Shown piece by piece: positions 52,274-62,650 of a stretch of 64,000 bases of DNA. Made by a program: the position numbers and the translations under genes. The notes beneath the pieces are model-generated. The model was not told where the DNA came from and searched no databases. It saw only the letters and a program-made list of their open reading frames with translations. Location: contig CAYRQM010000005.1 of NCBI GenBank assembly GCA_964426415.1, forward strand, positions 265-64,264. Direction: 5' to 3'. Source of the DNA: an uncultured Christensenella sp. GTDB lineage: Bacteria; Bacillota; Clostridia; Christensenellales; CAG-138. Position 1 is the stretch's first letter; the number at the start of each line of letters is the position of its first letter.

Positions 52274-52488
52274 GTCATTCTGACGCAGCGAAGCGAGGAA
52301 GAATCTCCCGTGTAAGCGAGAGATCCTTCGCCGAAGCGCAGGATGACATATGGGCGGTATTTGCGTTCCGATTCATAAAGTCGTGAGCGCCAAACTCGGC
52401 TGGCGGATGGTATCCGCCCCTACGGAATGAGGGCGCTTATGACGTTTCTTCCCAAAAATGTGTACACGGGTGTTCCCGCAAAAGGTTG
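52274..52488 (-). repeat. mosaic intergenic repeat, copy D (inverted, with extra internal module)
   Basis: Hairpin module GTCATTCTGACGC...GCGCAGGATGAC at 52274-52347. The reverse-complemented box GTGTACACGGGTGTTCCCGCAAAAGGTTGG is at 52460-52488. The flank ...CTCCTCTCCGCAAAAGGTCACGC... is shared with 24880-24905. Confidence 0.8.
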
Positions 52489-52681
52489 GTAGCGAAGCGA
52501 AAGGCGTAACGCCCGTGTCAAGAAGGGCGTAGCCGCAGCGAGCGTGACCTTTTGCGGAGAGGAGCCATGACGGAGCAGGTGAACGGCGGGTTTCGCAAAA
52601 CCCGCCGCGAACCAAGCGAAGTACATGGCGACGAGTCCGCGCCTCCGACGACGATTGGGTCTTCCATTTTTTGCGCGAACA

Positions 52682-52690
52682 TGATATACT
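52682..52690 (+). promoter_or_regulatory. extended -10 promoter element upstream of pyrH
   Basis: TGaTATACT, 31 nt upstream of the ATG at 52722. Confidence 0.45.
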
Positions 52691-52721
52691 GAAACAACAC
52701 GATCGGAAAGGAAGCGGTTTC

Positions 52722-53417
52722 ATGGACAAACGCGTCGTATTGAAGGTCAGCGGCGAAGCGCTCGCCTCCAAAGAAAAGCCCATTTGCTTCGAAAAGGTCG
52801 AGGAAACGGCACGGGAGATCAAGCTGTTGTACGACGCGGGGCTGGAGATCGGCATTGTCACCGGCGGCGGCAACATCATGCGCGGACGTGACACCGTCGC
52901 GCAGGATCGCTCCCGCATGGACAGCATGGGCATGCTTTCCACCGTGCTCAACGCGCTGGCGCTGGCAGACTGCTTGGAACGCATCGGCGTGCCCAATGTG
53001 GTGATGAGCACCGTTCCCATGTATCGTTTTTGCGACGAGTACACCGCACGCGACGCAAAGGAAGCGCTGCGGCAGGGCAAGGTTGTGCTGTTTGCCTGCG
53101 GCACGGGCTGTCCGTTCTTCTCCACCGACACGGCGGCGGCGCTGAAGGCGTTGGAGATCGGCGCGGACGTGCTGCTGCTTGCCAAAAACGTGGACGGCGT
53201 CTATTCCGCCGATCCGAAGTGCGACCCGAACGCCGTGCGCTATGCGCACCTTTCCTACCAACAGGTGATTGCCGACCGCCTGCAGGCGACCGACCTGACC
53301 GCCATCACGCTGTGCAGCGAGCACAATTTGCCCATTTGGGTCTTTGCCCGCGAACAGATCGACTGTGTGGCGCGGGGCGAAGCAATCGGAACGCGGATCG
53401 ACGCAATTCGCTCTTGA
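52722..53417 (+). CDS. pyrH: UMP kinase
   Basis: [18 protein letters not shown]...[12 protein letters not shown]... Confidence 0.95.
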   Translation: MDKRVVLKVSGEALASKEKPICFEKVEETAREIKLLYDAGLEIGIVTGGGNIMRGRDTVAQDRSRMDSMGMLSTVLNALALADCLERIGVPNVVMSTVPMYRFCDEYTARDAKEALRQGKVVLFACGTGCPFFSTDTAAALKALEIGADVLLLAKNVDGVYSADPKCDPNAVRYAHLSYQQVIADRLQATDLTAITLCSEHNLPIWVFAREQIDCVARGEAIGTRIDAIRS

Positions 53418-53470
53418 AAGGTACCGATCAAATATCGTACAATAACACAGAACACGAAGGAGGGCCTCGT

Positions 53471-54028
53471 ATGGCGATGGAATTACTGGACGAAACCAAA
53501 GACCGCATGAATAAGACCATCAGTGTCTTGAAGCAGGAGCTTTCGGGCTTGCGCGCAGGACGGGCAAACCCGCAGCTTTTGGATCGCATCACGGTCGATT
53601 ACTACGGCACGATGACGCCAATCAACCAGCTTGGCAACCTGTCCACCCCCGAACCGCGTCTGCTGATTATCTCCCTGTGGGATTCCAAAATGATCCCGCT
53701 TGTCGAGAAGGCGATTCAAAAATCCGACTTGGGCATCAATCCGTCCAACGACGGCAAGGTGATTCGGCTGGTGTTCCCCGAATTGACCGAGGAGCGCAGA
53801 AAGGATTTGGTCAAGACGGTGCGCAAAAAGGGCGAAGAAAGCAAAGTTGCCATTCGCAACCTGCGCCGCGATCTGAATGAGCAAATCAAAAAGCAAAAGA
53901 AGGACAGCACGATCACCGAGGACGACCAAAAGCGCATGGAAGAAAAGGGTCAAAAGATGACCGACGACTTCATCAAAGAGATCGAAGCCATCCTTGTCGC
54001 CAAAGAAAAGGAGATCATGGCGGTTTGA
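53471..54028 (+). CDS. frr: ribosome recycling factor
   Basis: ...[44 protein letters not shown]..., 185 aa, ATG 7 nt after GAAGGAGGG. Confidence 0.96.
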   Translation: MAMELLDETKDRMNKTISVLKQELSGLRAGRANPQLLDRITVDYYGTMTPINQLGNLSTPEPRLLIISLWDSKMIPLVEKAIQKSDLGINPSNDGKVIRLVFPELTEERRKDLVKTVRKKGEESKVAIRNLRRDLNEQIKKQKKDSTITEDDQKRMEEKGQKMTDDFIKEIEAILVAKEKEIMAV

Positions 54029-54237
54029 GCGCGCCGCTGGGAATGCCGTTGGATGCGGCATTGGCTGCGTACAAAGCTGCGGGCAAGTCCGTCTCCACGG
54101 TGGAGGTCGCCTGCCGCAAGGGCGGATCGGGCGATGATTTGCGTGTCATCAAGGCGGCGGAGAACGCCGACGCGGTCGTTCTGTATTGGGCGCGGTTTCA
54201 AACCACGGTACGACCCGAATCGAATCAAGCGAATTGA
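54025..54237 (+). CDS. hypothetical small protein (uncertain)
   Basis: 70-codon ORF that fills the frr-uppS gap. Its TTG start overlaps the frr stop, and an alternative ATG lies at 54043. Third-position GC bias looks coding. I recognise no family. Confidence 0.35.
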   Translation: MSAPLGMPLDAALAAYKAAGKSVSTVEVACRKGGSGDDLRVIKAAENADAVVLYWARFQTTVRPESNQAN

Positions 54238-54239
54238 GG

Positions 54240-54265
54240 GGTGCAAGGCAGCTTTGCTTTGCACC
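54240..54265 (+). terminator. stem-loop after the small ORF (weak terminator/attenuator candidate)
   Basis: GGTGCAAGGC-agcttt-GCTTTGCACC (one G-U pair) followed by GCTTTAC. The U-tract is poor. Confidence 0.3.
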
Positions 54266-54287
54266 GCTTTACAATCGAAAGGAACCT

Positions 54288-55049
54288 ATGGGAAAGTATA
54301 CGCCGCAGGAGCTTGCATCGTTTGGGCTGGACGCCGCCCGCATCCCGCGCCACGTCGCCATCATCATGGACGGCAACGGGCGTTGGGCAAAGCAGCGTGG
54401 TCTGCCCCGTGCCATGGGGCATCGGGCGGGCGTCAACGCGCTGCGGGAAATCATCCGCTTTTCTTCGGATGCGGGCGTAGAAGCGCTGACGCTGTACGCG
54501 TTTTCCACCGAGAACCGCAAGCGCCCCAAGGATGAAATCGGCGTGCTGTGCGGTCTGCTCATCGAATACTTCAATCGTGAGATCGACGAGCTGGACGCCA
54601 ACGCCGTTCGCATTCAATCCATCGGTGAGCTGGACTGGTTCCCGCAGGGCGTGCAGGACGCCGTGACGTCAGCCGAGCGCCGCACCGCGCAAAATGCGGG
54701 ACTAAAGCTGAACATCGCTTTAAACTACGGTGCGTATGCCGAGATGGAGCGTGCCATGCAGCTTGCGTGCGTGCAGGCGACCCAAGAGGAGCGTCCGCCC
54801 ACCCGTGCCGATTTTGAAGCGAACCTGTATACGGCGGGGCTGCCGCAGCTCGATCTTCTGATTCGCACCAGCGGCGAACAGCGCATCTCCAATTTTCTGC
54901 TGTACCAGCTTGCCTACGCGGAGCTGTACTTTACCGACGTGTACTGGCCCGATTTTACAAGAGAGGAATACTGCAAGGCTTTGACGGCGTTTGGCGCCCG
55001 CAGCCGCCGGTTCGGTGGTTTGAACGACAACGCCGACATACACTATTGA
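54288..55049 (+). CDS. uppS: isoprenyl transferase (undecaprenyl diphosphate synthase)
   Basis: IPRHVAIIMDGNGRWAKQRGLPRAMGHRAG...YAFSTENRKRP... Confidence 0.95.
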   Translation: MGKYTPQELASFGLDAARIPRHVAIIMDGNGRWAKQRGLPRAMGHRAGVNALREIIRFSSDAGVEALTLYAFSTENRKRPKDEIGVLCGLLIEYFNREIDELDANAVRIQSIGELDWFPQGVQDAVTSAERRTAQNAGLKLNIALNYGAYAEMERAMQLACVQATQEERPPTRADFEANLYTAGLPQLDLLIRTSGEQRISNFLLYQLAYAELYFTDVYWPDFTREEYCKALTAFGARSRRFGGLNDNADIHY

Positions 55050-55050
55050 G

Positions 55051-56202
55051 ATGAAGCAATCCGTTCTCGTCCTTGGCAGCACCGGCTCCATCGGACGACA
55101 AACAATCGAAACGCTGCTGCACGCCCGCGACCGATTTTCGGTGGTGGGGCTTTCGGCGCACAGCGATACGGAAACGCTGCTTGGGCAAGCGCGTTTGCTC
55201 AAGCCCCGTTATCTCGCCTGTGAAACACCCATCCCCGCCGACGCGCTGCCCGCGGGCGTGACGCCCATCTTTGGCGCGGACGCTTCGACGCGGCTTGCCG
55301 AAGCAGTGGACGCCGACGTCACCGTGTTGGCGATTTCGGGCTTTGCAGCGCTCAAGCCGCTGCTTGCCGCCATGCGGCACGGCAAGCGTATCGCCATTGC
55401 CAACAAGGAAAGCCTAGTGTGCGGCGGCGATTTGGTGGACGCGGCGCAAGCGGCGTACGGCGCAACGCTGCTGCCCATCGATTCCGAGCAGAGCGCCCTG
55501 TTTCAATGCTTGCAAAACGGGCGTCGTCAAGAGGTCAAGCGCCTGATTCTGACGGCGTCGGGCGGGCCGTTCTTCCGAAATTCCCGCGACGAGCTGAAGG
55601 ACATTACGCCCGAACAGGCGGTGGCGCACCCCACTTGGCGTATGGGAAAAAAGATATCGCTGGATTCGGCGACGCTGTGCAACAAAGGATTGGAAATTAT
55701 GGAAGCGGCACGGCTGTTCGGGTTTGGCGCGGACGAAATCGGCGTGCTGATTCATCCGCAATCCATCGTCCATTCGTTGGTCGAATACCGCGACAACACC
55801 GTGATGGCGCAGCTGAGCGTGCCCGATATGCGGCTGCCCATCCAGTATGCGCTGACCTACCCCGATCGTGTGCCGTCGCTTTGCAAGCCCCTTTCGCTTG
55901 CGGACGCGCACGCATTGGAATTTTACCCCGTGGACGAAGCGCGCTTCCCCGCCATTCGGTTGGCATACGACTGTCTGCGTTGCGGCGGCGGTTGTCCCGT
56001 GGTGTATAACGGCGCAAACGAACGCGCCGCAGAGCTGTTTTTTGACGGCGCAATCCCGTTTCTTGCGATTGAAGCCTGTGTGGAGCGCGCCCTGTCTGCC
56101 TATCAAAACCGTCCCATGGACGCACCGGAAGCCGTGTGGGAAGCGGATGCGTGGGCGCGTCGTTTCGTTTCGGACGAAGCAGGAAAGTTGAGGAACCTAT
56201 GA
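55051..56202 (+). CDS. dxr: 1-deoxy-D-xylulose-5-phosphate reductoisomerase
   Basis: VLVLGSTGSIGRQT...IDSEQSALFQCL...HPTWRMGKKISLDSATLCNKGLE... Confidence 0.95.
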   Translation: MKQSVLVLGSTGSIGRQTIETLLHARDRFSVVGLSAHSDTETLLGQARLLKPRYLACETPIPADALPAGVTPIFGADASTRLAEAVDADVTVLAISGFAALKPLLAAMRHGKRIAIANKESLVCGGDLVDAAQAAYGATLLPIDSEQSALFQCLQNGRRQEVKRLILTASGGPFFRNSRDELKDITPEQAVAHPTWRMGKKISLDSATLCNKGLEIMEAARLFGFGADEIGVLIHPQSIVHSLVEYRDNTVMAQLSVPDMRLPIQYALTYPDRVPSLCKPLSLADAHALEFYPVDEARFPAIRLAYDCLRCGGGCPVVYNGANERAAELFFDGAIPFLAIEACVERALSAYQNRPMDAPEAVWEADAWARRFVSDEAGKLRNL

Positions 56203-57347
56203 CGACTGTTCTTTATGTGCTTTTGGCGTTGTTGCTGTTGTCCCTGCTGGTGGTGCTCCACGAGCTTGGGCATTTTGTGATGGGACGGCTTTTGGGCTTT
56301 TCCATCGTCGAGTTTTCCGTGGGGCTTGGGCCGAAGCTGTTTGGCATCAAGGGCAAGAAGACCGAATTCACCCTGCGCTTACTGCCCATCGGCGGTTCCT
56401 GCCGCTTCTACGGCGAAGACCAAGAGGTGCAGGACGACCGCTGCTTCAATGCGCACAAGGCGTGGCAGCGGCTGTTGGTCATTGTGGCAGGCCCGCTGAT
56501 GAACATTTTGACGGCGCTGGTGCTTTCGTTTGTCATGCTGCTGGCGTTTGGGCAAACGATTGGCTACGGCGACGCCGACCAAATCCTCATTTCCAAGGTG
56601 GAAAAAGGCTCGTCGGCGCACATTGCGGGCGTGGAGGCCAACGATGTGCCGCTTTCTGTGGATGGGCAGGCTTTCGACAGCATGGATGCCTTTTCCGCTG
56701 CCATCAAGGCGGCAGACCCCGACGGGCTGGAGCTTGTTGTGCTGCGGGGCGCGACGCTGACGGAACGCGACGTCTACGACGATGCGAGCCGCACCACCAC
56801 CTACCTTGCCTTTACAGGCGGCGAGCAGGTCACGCTGCACGTTGCCAATCTCCGTGCAAGCGGCGCCACCGAGAATCGGCTCGGCATCGAAATGTCCGGC
56901 TATTACAGCTCGTACACGGTGCAGCACTACAACGTGCTGACGGCGGCAGGCGGGTCGTTCGGCTATTGTTGGGGCATGGTGAAGCTGGTCTACGAATCCC
57001 TTTGGAAGCTGGTTTCCGGGCAGGCGTGCATCAGCGACATGGCAGGCATCGGCGGCACGGTGCAAATCATGTCCGAGGCGATGGAGTCCACGACGAGCTT
57101 TGCCGCCACGATGGAGGTCATCATCTACCTGTGCGCCCTCATCTCGGTCAACCTTGGCGTCGTCAATCTGCTGCCCATTCCCGCACTGGACGGCGGGCGG
57201 CTGGTGTTCATTCTGTTCGAGCTGATTTTCCGCAAGCGCGTGCCGCCCGAAAAGGAAGGCATCGTCCATTTCGTCGGCATGGTGCTGCTGTTGCTGCTGA
57301 TGCTGGCGCTGACCGTCAGCGATTTGCTGCGCTGCATACGAGGATAA
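56199..57347 (+). CDS. rseP: RIP metalloprotease RseP (site-2 protease, M50)
   Basis: HELGH zinc motif in the first TM helix, a PDZ-like middle region and the C-terminal NLLPIPALDGG motif. ATGA overlap with dxr. Confidence 0.92.
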   Translation: MTTVLYVLLALLLLSLLVVLHELGHFVMGRLLGFSIVEFSVGLGPKLFGIKGKKTEFTLRLLPIGGSCRFYGEDQEVQDDRCFNAHKAWQRLLVIVAGPLMNILTALVLSFVMLLAFGQTIGYGDADQILISKVEKGSSAHIAGVEANDVPLSVDGQAFDSMDAFSAAIKAADPDGLELVVLRGATLTERDVYDDASRTTTYLAFTGGEQVTLHVANLRASGATENRLGIEMSGYYSSYTVQHYNVLTAAGGSFGYCWGMVKLVYESLWKLVSGQACISDMAGIGGTVQIMSEAMESTTSFAATMEVIIYLCALISVNLGVVNLLPIPALDGGRLVFILFELIFRKRVPPEKEGIVHFVGMVLLLLLMLALTVSDLLRCIRG

Positions 57348-57348
57348 C

Positions 57349-58395
57349 ATGACCAAGCAAGTTTCGGCGGGCACGGTGCGCATCGGCGGCGGCGCGCCCG
57401 TCTCCATCCAATCCATGTGCAATACGGACACGCGTGACGTGTCCGCCACCGTGGCGCAGATTTTGGCGCTGGAGGCGGCGGGCTGCGAGATCGTGCGCGT
57501 TGCCGTATTCGACCAAAAAGCGGCGGACGCCATCGCCGCCATCCGTCCCCAGATTCACATTCCGCTCGTTGCGGATGTGCATTTCGACTATCGGCTTGCC
57601 ATCCGTGCCGTCGAAAACGGCGTGGACAAGCTGCGCATCAATCCGGGCAACATCGGCGACGCATCGCGGGTGCGGGCGGTGGCGGATTGCGCATCGGCGC
57701 ATCACATTCCCATTCGCATCGGCGTCAACGGCGGTTCCTTGGAAAAGGAGCTGCACGACGCCTACCGAAAGGACCCTGCCGCCGCCATGCTGCAAAGCGC
57801 ATTGGGGCACGCTAAGCTGTTGGAGGACTGCGGGTTTTCCGACATCGTGCTGTCGCTCAAATGCACCACGGTACAGGCGACCGTCGCCGCGTATCGGCTT
57901 GCCCATGCGCGCACCGACTATCCGCTGCACATCGGCATGACGGAAACGGGCCCCATCGAGATGGGCGTCGTTAAGTCGGCGGCAGGCATCGGCAGTCTGC
58001 TGCTGGACGGCATCGGGGACACGCTGCGGGTTTCGCTGACGGGCGATCCCGTCAAGGAAGTCACGTTGGGACTTGCCATCTTGCGTGCCGTAGGGCTTCG
58101 AAAGGACGACGTCGAGATCGTCTCCTGCCCCACCTGCGGACGCACGCGCTGCAACGTCGAAGAAGCCGTGGCGTATGTGGACAAGCACGTTCGGCACAAC
58201 TGCGGCTATCTCAAGATTGCGGTCATGGGCTGTGCGGTCAACGGCCCCGGCGAAGCGCGTGACGCCGACATCGGCGTGGCGTTTGGCGACGGCAACGGCA
58301 TTCTTTTCAAAAAGGGCGTCTCCATTTGGCACGGCGCCTATGCGGAGGTTTTGGCGCGGCTCGTGACGGAAGCGAACGCGCTGTTGGGAGCATGA
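57349..58395 (+). CDS. ispG: 4-hydroxy-3-methylbut-2-en-1-yl diphosphate synthase
   Basis: ...IQSMCNTDTRD...RINPGNIG... and the C-terminal Fe-S Cys ligands (SCPTCGR...MGCAVNGPGE). Confidence 0.95.
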   Translation: MTKQVSAGTVRIGGGAPVSIQSMCNTDTRDVSATVAQILALEAAGCEIVRVAVFDQKAADAIAAIRPQIHIPLVADVHFDYRLAIRAVENGVDKLRINPGNIGDASRVRAVADCASAHHIPIRIGVNGGSLEKELHDAYRKDPAAAMLQSALGHAKLLEDCGFSDIVLSLKCTTVQATVAAYRLAHARTDYPLHIGMTETGPIEMGVVKSAAGIGSLLLDGIGDTLRVSLTGDPVKEVTLGLAILRAVGLRKDDVEIVSCPTCGRTRCNVEEAVAYVDKHVRHNCGYLKIAVMGCAVNGPGEARDADIGVAFGDGNGILFKKGVSIWHGAYAEVLARLVTEANALLGA

Positions 58396-61300
58396 AAGAA
58401 GAACTCAAAGCGGCGTACGACCTTGCGCATTTGCGCGAGGAATGGCTGCGCATTCGCAATGTACGACTCATCCGAGAAAGCGGTTCCATGACCGTGTTTG
58501 CCGATCGGCAGGCGGATTCCGTCAGTGCCGAAGCGCAAACCGTTTGGGAACAAGCCATCGCCGCACAGCTTGCGGGCTATGCGGTGTCCTTTGTGTACAA
58601 CGATGTGGAGCCTGCGCCCGTCGTGGCGCGTCCCGCTGCGGTCAAGAAAAGTGAACAGGTCGAGGTGGATTTGCCCACCAACGGCGTGCTGCTGGGCGGT
58701 GCGCTTTCCGAGGACGAGACGACGCCCGTTTGCGACGTGACCGAGGACGGCAGCGCCGTCACCCTTTTGGGCAGGCTGGTCGCGTGCGAGCTGCGGGACG
58801 ATTGGTCGATGCGGCAAAAGCATCCCAACTGTCGCGTGCAGTTCAATCTGACCGATTTCACCGACTCCATCTATTGCTCCGTCAGCTTTCCCCAAGAATG
58901 GCAGGCGCAGCGGCTTGCCTATTGGCTGAACGCAGCAACCGACAAGGACTTGCGCGTCAAGGGAACGTGCCGCACCATTCGCAAGACGGGCGAACGGATG
59001 CTCCAAGTGACCGCCGTCAACCTTTCCGAGCGCGTGCTGCGCATGGACGACAGCGCCGACAAGCGCGTCGAGCTGCATTTGCACTCCCGCATGTCCACCA
59101 TGGACGGTATCACCAACCTGACCGGAGCGTTCCAAACCGCCAAGCGTTGGGGGCACAAGGCGCTTGCCATCACCGACCACGGCGTGGTGCAGGCATTTCC
59201 CGAGGCGGCAAAAGCGTCCAAGAAGACGGGCGTCAAGGCGCTGTTCGGCGTAGAGGGCTATCTGGTGCCCGACTGCGAATCCCACGCCTACACGGGCGAT
59301 TTTGTGGTATTCGATTTGGAAACCACGGGGCTCAAGGCGGAGCAGTGCGACATCATCGAGATCGGTGCGGTGCGGCTGCACGACGGCGTCGTGGTGGCGA
59401 CCTTCCAATCCTTCGTTGACGACGGCGTCATCATTCCGCCCAAAATCACTGCGCTGACCGGCATCACCCAAGAAATGATCGCGGGCGCGCCGCCTGTGCG
59501 GGACGTTTTGACGCGCTTTCGCGCCTTTGCCGAGGACAGCTGTCTTGTGGCGCACAACGCCGCCTTCGATGTGGGCTTTCTCACCTTCCACGGCGAGCGG
59601 TTCGGAATCACCTTCCCCATGCCCTACGCCGATACGCTGATGCTGTCGCGCTATCTGCTGCACGACGAGCTGCCCAACCACAAGCTGGACACCGTTTGCG
59701 ACTACTTTCACGTCGATATGGGCAGCCACCATCGCGCCGACGACGATGCGCGCTCCTGCGCCGCCATCCTGTTGGAGCTGCTGAAGCGCTTGCAAGACCG
59801 CGGCGTCGAGACCATTCCGCTGGTGCCCAACGCCCATGACGCGTACCAAAAGCGCAAATCCAAGGAGAAGCACAAATCGTACCACATCATCCTGCTTGCC
59901 GAGACGCAGGCGGGACTGAAAAACCTCTACAAGCTCATCAGCTATTCGCATTTGGATCATTTGCGACAGCGTCCCATGATTCCGCGTTCGCTGCTGTCCG
60001 TGTTCCGAAAGGATCTTTTGGTCGGCTCCGCGTGCGAGGCGGGCGAGCTGTTCCGTGCCATGGTGCAAAACGAACCCGAGGAACGCATCGAAGCGATTGC
60101 GGATTTCTACGACTATTTCGAGATTCAACCCATCGGCAACAACGCGTTTTTGGTGCGCGAAGGCGCTGTCAAGGACAACGATGGCTTGCGCGATCTCAAC
60201 CGCCGCATCGTGGCGTTGGGCGAAAAGATGCACCGCCCCGTTGCCGCCACGGGCGACGTCCATTTTTTGGAGCCGCAGGACGCCATCTACCGTGCCATTT
60301 TGATGAGCAAGCTGGGCTTTGAGGACGCCGAGCAGCAAGCGCCGCTGTATTTCAAGACCACGGCGGAAATGCTGCAGGAGTTCTCCTATCTGGGCGCAGA
60401 GAAGGCGCATGAGGTGGTTGTGGACGTGCCAAACGCCATTGCGAATCGGTGCGCTGTCATCAAGCCGTTTCCCGACTGCACCCACTCCCCCACCATCGCC
60501 AACGCCGAGGAGGAGCTGCGCACCCGTGCCGAGACGCGAGCCCACGAAATTTACGGCGACCCGCTGCCCGACGTCATTGCGGCGCGGCTCAACCGTGAGC
60601 TGACCTCCATCATCGGCAACGGCTATGCGTCCCTGTATCTGATGGCGCAGCGCTTGGTGCAAAAATCATTATCCGACGGGTACTTGGTCGGTTCCCGTGG
60701 TTCGGTTGGCTCGTCCTTCGTCGCCATGATGGCGGGCATCACCGAGGTAAACGCCTTGGCGCCCCACTATGTGTGCCCCAAATGCAAGTTCACCGATTTT
60801 GACGTGGACAAAACGCAATACTTTGTGGGCGTCGATATGCCCGACCGCGCCTGCCCAAAGTGCGGTACGATGCTCAAAAAGGACGGCTTCGAAATTCCCT
60901 TCGAGGTCTTTTTGGGGTTCCACGGCGACAAGGTTCCCGATATCGACCTCAATTTCTCCGGCGAGTATCAACCCGTCGCCCACAAGTATGTCGAGGAGAT
61001 GTTCGGCAAGGGCCACGCATTCCGTGCGGGCACCATCTCCGGCGTCGCCGAAAAGAAGGCGTATGAGTGCGTCTACTCCTTTGCCGAGAAGACGGGCCGC
61101 ACCTACGGTTCCGCCGAGGTGCAGCGGCTCGAAAAGGGTGTGGAGGGCGTGAAGGTCACCACGGGACAGCACCCGGGCGGCATCGTCATCGTCCCACGCG
61201 ACAACGACGAATTCTGCGAAATCTACGACTATACGCCCATCCAGTATCCTGCCGACAAGGCGGGCATCGACATCATCACCACGCACTTCGATTTCCACGC

Positions 61301-62390
61301 CATGGACGACCGTTTGGTCAAGCTGGACATTTTAGGACACGACGATCCCACGGCGCTGCGCATGCTGCAGGACATCACGGGGCTGAACCCGCGGGATATC
61401 CCGTTGGACGATCCCGACACGCGGCAGCTCTTTTCCACCGTGGAACCGCTGCATGTGGACTTGACCGCCATCGGCTGTTCCTTGGGCACGCTGGGCGTTC
61501 CCGAATTTGGCACGGGCTTCGTGCGGCAAGTATTAGAAAGCACCCGCCCCACCACCTTCGAGGAATTGGTGCGCATCGCAGGGCTGACCCACGGGACGGA
61601 CGTTTGGCTGAACAACGCCGAGCCGTTGGTGACGGGCGGCATCGCCAAGCTCAACGAGGTGCTTTGCACCCGTGACGACATCATGAATTACCTGATCGCG
61701 CACGGGATGGAAGCCTCCATCTCCTTCAAAATCATGGAGCGCGTCCGCAAAGGGCGCGGGCTCACCGACGAAATGGAGCAGGCGATGGTGGACGGCAACA
61801 TCCCGTCCTGGTTCATCGGCTCCTGCAAAAAAATCAAATATATGTTCCCGCGTGGGCACGCCGTGGCGTACTCCATGATGTCGTTTCGCATCGCGTACTA
61901 CAAGGTGCATTACCCGTTGGCGTTCTATGCGGTGTATTTCACCGTGCGCGCCGACGCGTTCGACATCACCCGCGCCATCGGCGGCGCCGAAGCCGTGTGC
62001 GCCCAGATCCAAGCCATCGACGCGGGCAGCGCCCAAAAGACCGACAGCGAGAAGAAGCGCGATAAGGAAGTCCAAACCATTTTGGAGCTGGTGTACGAAA
62101 TGAACCAACGGGGCATCGCGCTGCTGCCCATCGACATCTACCAGTCCGACGCCACCAAATTCCGCATCGAGGGCGACGCGCTGCGCCCGCCGTTCAATTC
62201 CATTCCCGGCGTCGGCAGCGGACAGGCGGAAGAGCTGTGCAAACGGCGCGTCGCGGGCGTGCGCTACCCCACCGTGGAGGATTTCCGCGAACAGACGGGC
62301 GCCAACAGCGGCATCGTGACCGCGCTGGAAGCGTGCGGCTGCTTTGCCGACATGCCGAAAAACAAGCAAATCAGCCTGTTCGACCTGTGA
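58392..62390 (+). CDS. polC: DNA polymerase III PolC-type
   Basis: PHP domain (VELHLHSRMSTMDG), an inserted 3'-5' exonuclease (VVFDLETTGL...HNAAFDVGF...HRADDDA) and the polymerase core. ATGA overlap with ispG. 1332 aa from the ATG at 58392. Confidence 0.96.
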   Translation: MKEELKAAYDLAHLREEWLRIRNVRLIRESGSMTVFADRQADSVSAEAQTVWEQAIAAQLAGYAVSFVYNDVEPAPVVARPAAVKKSEQVEVDLPTNGVLLGGALSEDETTPVCDVTEDGSAVTLLGRLVACELRDDWSMRQKHPNCRVQFNLTDFTDSIYCSVSFPQEWQAQRLAYWLNAATDKDLRVKGTCRTIRKTGERMLQVTAVNLSERVLRMDDSADKRVELHLHSRMSTMDGITNLTGAFQTAKRWGHKALAITDHGVVQAFPEAAKASKKTGVKALFGVEGYLVPDCESHAYTGDFVVFDLETTGLKAEQCDIIEIGAVRLHDGVVVATFQSFVDDGVIIPPKITALTGITQEMIAGAPPVRDVLTRFRAFAEDSCLVAHNAAFDVGFLTFHGERFGITFPMPYADTLMLSRYLLHDELPNHKLDTVCDYFHVDMGSHHRADDDARSCAAILLELLKRLQDRGVETIPLVPNAHDAYQKRKSKEKHKSYHIILLAETQAGLKNLYKLISYSHLDHLRQRPMIPRSLLSVFRKDLLVGSACEAGELFRAMVQNEPEERIEAIADFYDYFEIQPIGNNAFLVREGAVKDNDGLRDLNRRIVALGEKMHRPVAATGDVHFLEPQDAIYRAILMSKLGFEDAEQQAPLYFKTTAEMLQEFSYLGAEKAHEVVVDVPNAIANRCAVIKPFPDCTHSPTIANAEEELRTRAETRAHEIYGDPLPDVIAARLNRELTSIIGNGYASLYLMAQRLVQKSLSDGYLVGSRGSVGSSFVAMMAGITEVNALAPHYVCPKCKFTDFDVDKTQYFVGVDMPDRACPKCGTMLKKDGFEIPFEVFLGFHGDKVPDIDLNFSGEYQPVAHKYVEEMFGKGHAFRAGTISGVAEKKAYECVYSFAEKTGRTYGSAEVQRLEKGVEGVKVTTGQHPGGIVIVPRDNDEFCEIYDYTPIQYPADKAGIDIITTHFDFHAMDDRLVKLDILGHDDPTALRMLQDITGLNPRDIPLDDPDTRQLFSTVEPLHVDLTAIGCSLGTLGVPEFGTGFVRQVLESTRPTTFEELVRIAGLTHGTDVWLNNAEPLVTGGIAKLNEVLCTRDDIMNYLIAHGMEASISFKIMERVRKGRGLTDEMEQAMVDGNIPSWFIGSCKKIKYMFPRGHAVAYSMMSFRIAYYKVHYPLAFYAVYFTVRADAFDITRAIGGAEAVCAQIQAIDAGSAQKTDSEKKRDKEVQTILELVYEMNQRGIALLPIDIYQSDATKFRIEGDALRPPFNSIPGVGSGQAEELCKRRVAGVRYPTVEDFREQTGANSGIVTALEACGCFADMPKNKQISLFDL

Positions 62391-62394
62391 CGCG

Positions 62395-62430
62395 GCGCCG
62401 TGCGCGTGCGCAAAGTGGCGCAAGTTTTTT
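62395..62430 (+). terminator. weak terminator candidate after polC
   Basis: GCGCC...GGCGC short stem with a long loop, followed by AAGTTTTTT. Confidence 0.3.
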
Positions 62431-62451
62431 GTGCAAATGCGCAAGTAGCTC

Positions 62452-62480
62452 TTGACTTTCCGACAAGGGGCGTTTACAAT
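62452..62480 (+). promoter_or_regulatory. sigma-A promoter upstream of rny
   Basis: TTGACT 62452-62457, 17-nt spacer, TACAAT 62475-62480. This implies a leader of about 165 nt. Confidence 0.55.
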
Positions 62481-62650
62481 AATATTGCGTAATCCTGCAC
62501 AGCCATGTGCGTTCATAGATAGAATTTGAGATAGATTGTTCAATATTCGACGAGTGGTTCGTCCGTTCGTCTGCATACAAGAAATCGCATACTATTTTGG
62601 ATAGCCGGGCTGTTGTGCTCGGTTATATTCATGATAGATCGGAGAAGAAC

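Noticed and set aside
54053-54535. 160-aa ORF overlapping the uppS start
   Set aside because: It is out of frame with uppS, whose product has the canonical DGNGRWA motif, and it has an Arg/Ala-rich shadow composition. The in-gap ORF 54025-54237 was kept as a low-confidence feature instead.
58338-60662. 774-aa ORF on the minus strand
   Set aside because: It is antisense to polC. The translation has no recognisable motifs and the composition of a GC-rich shadow frame.
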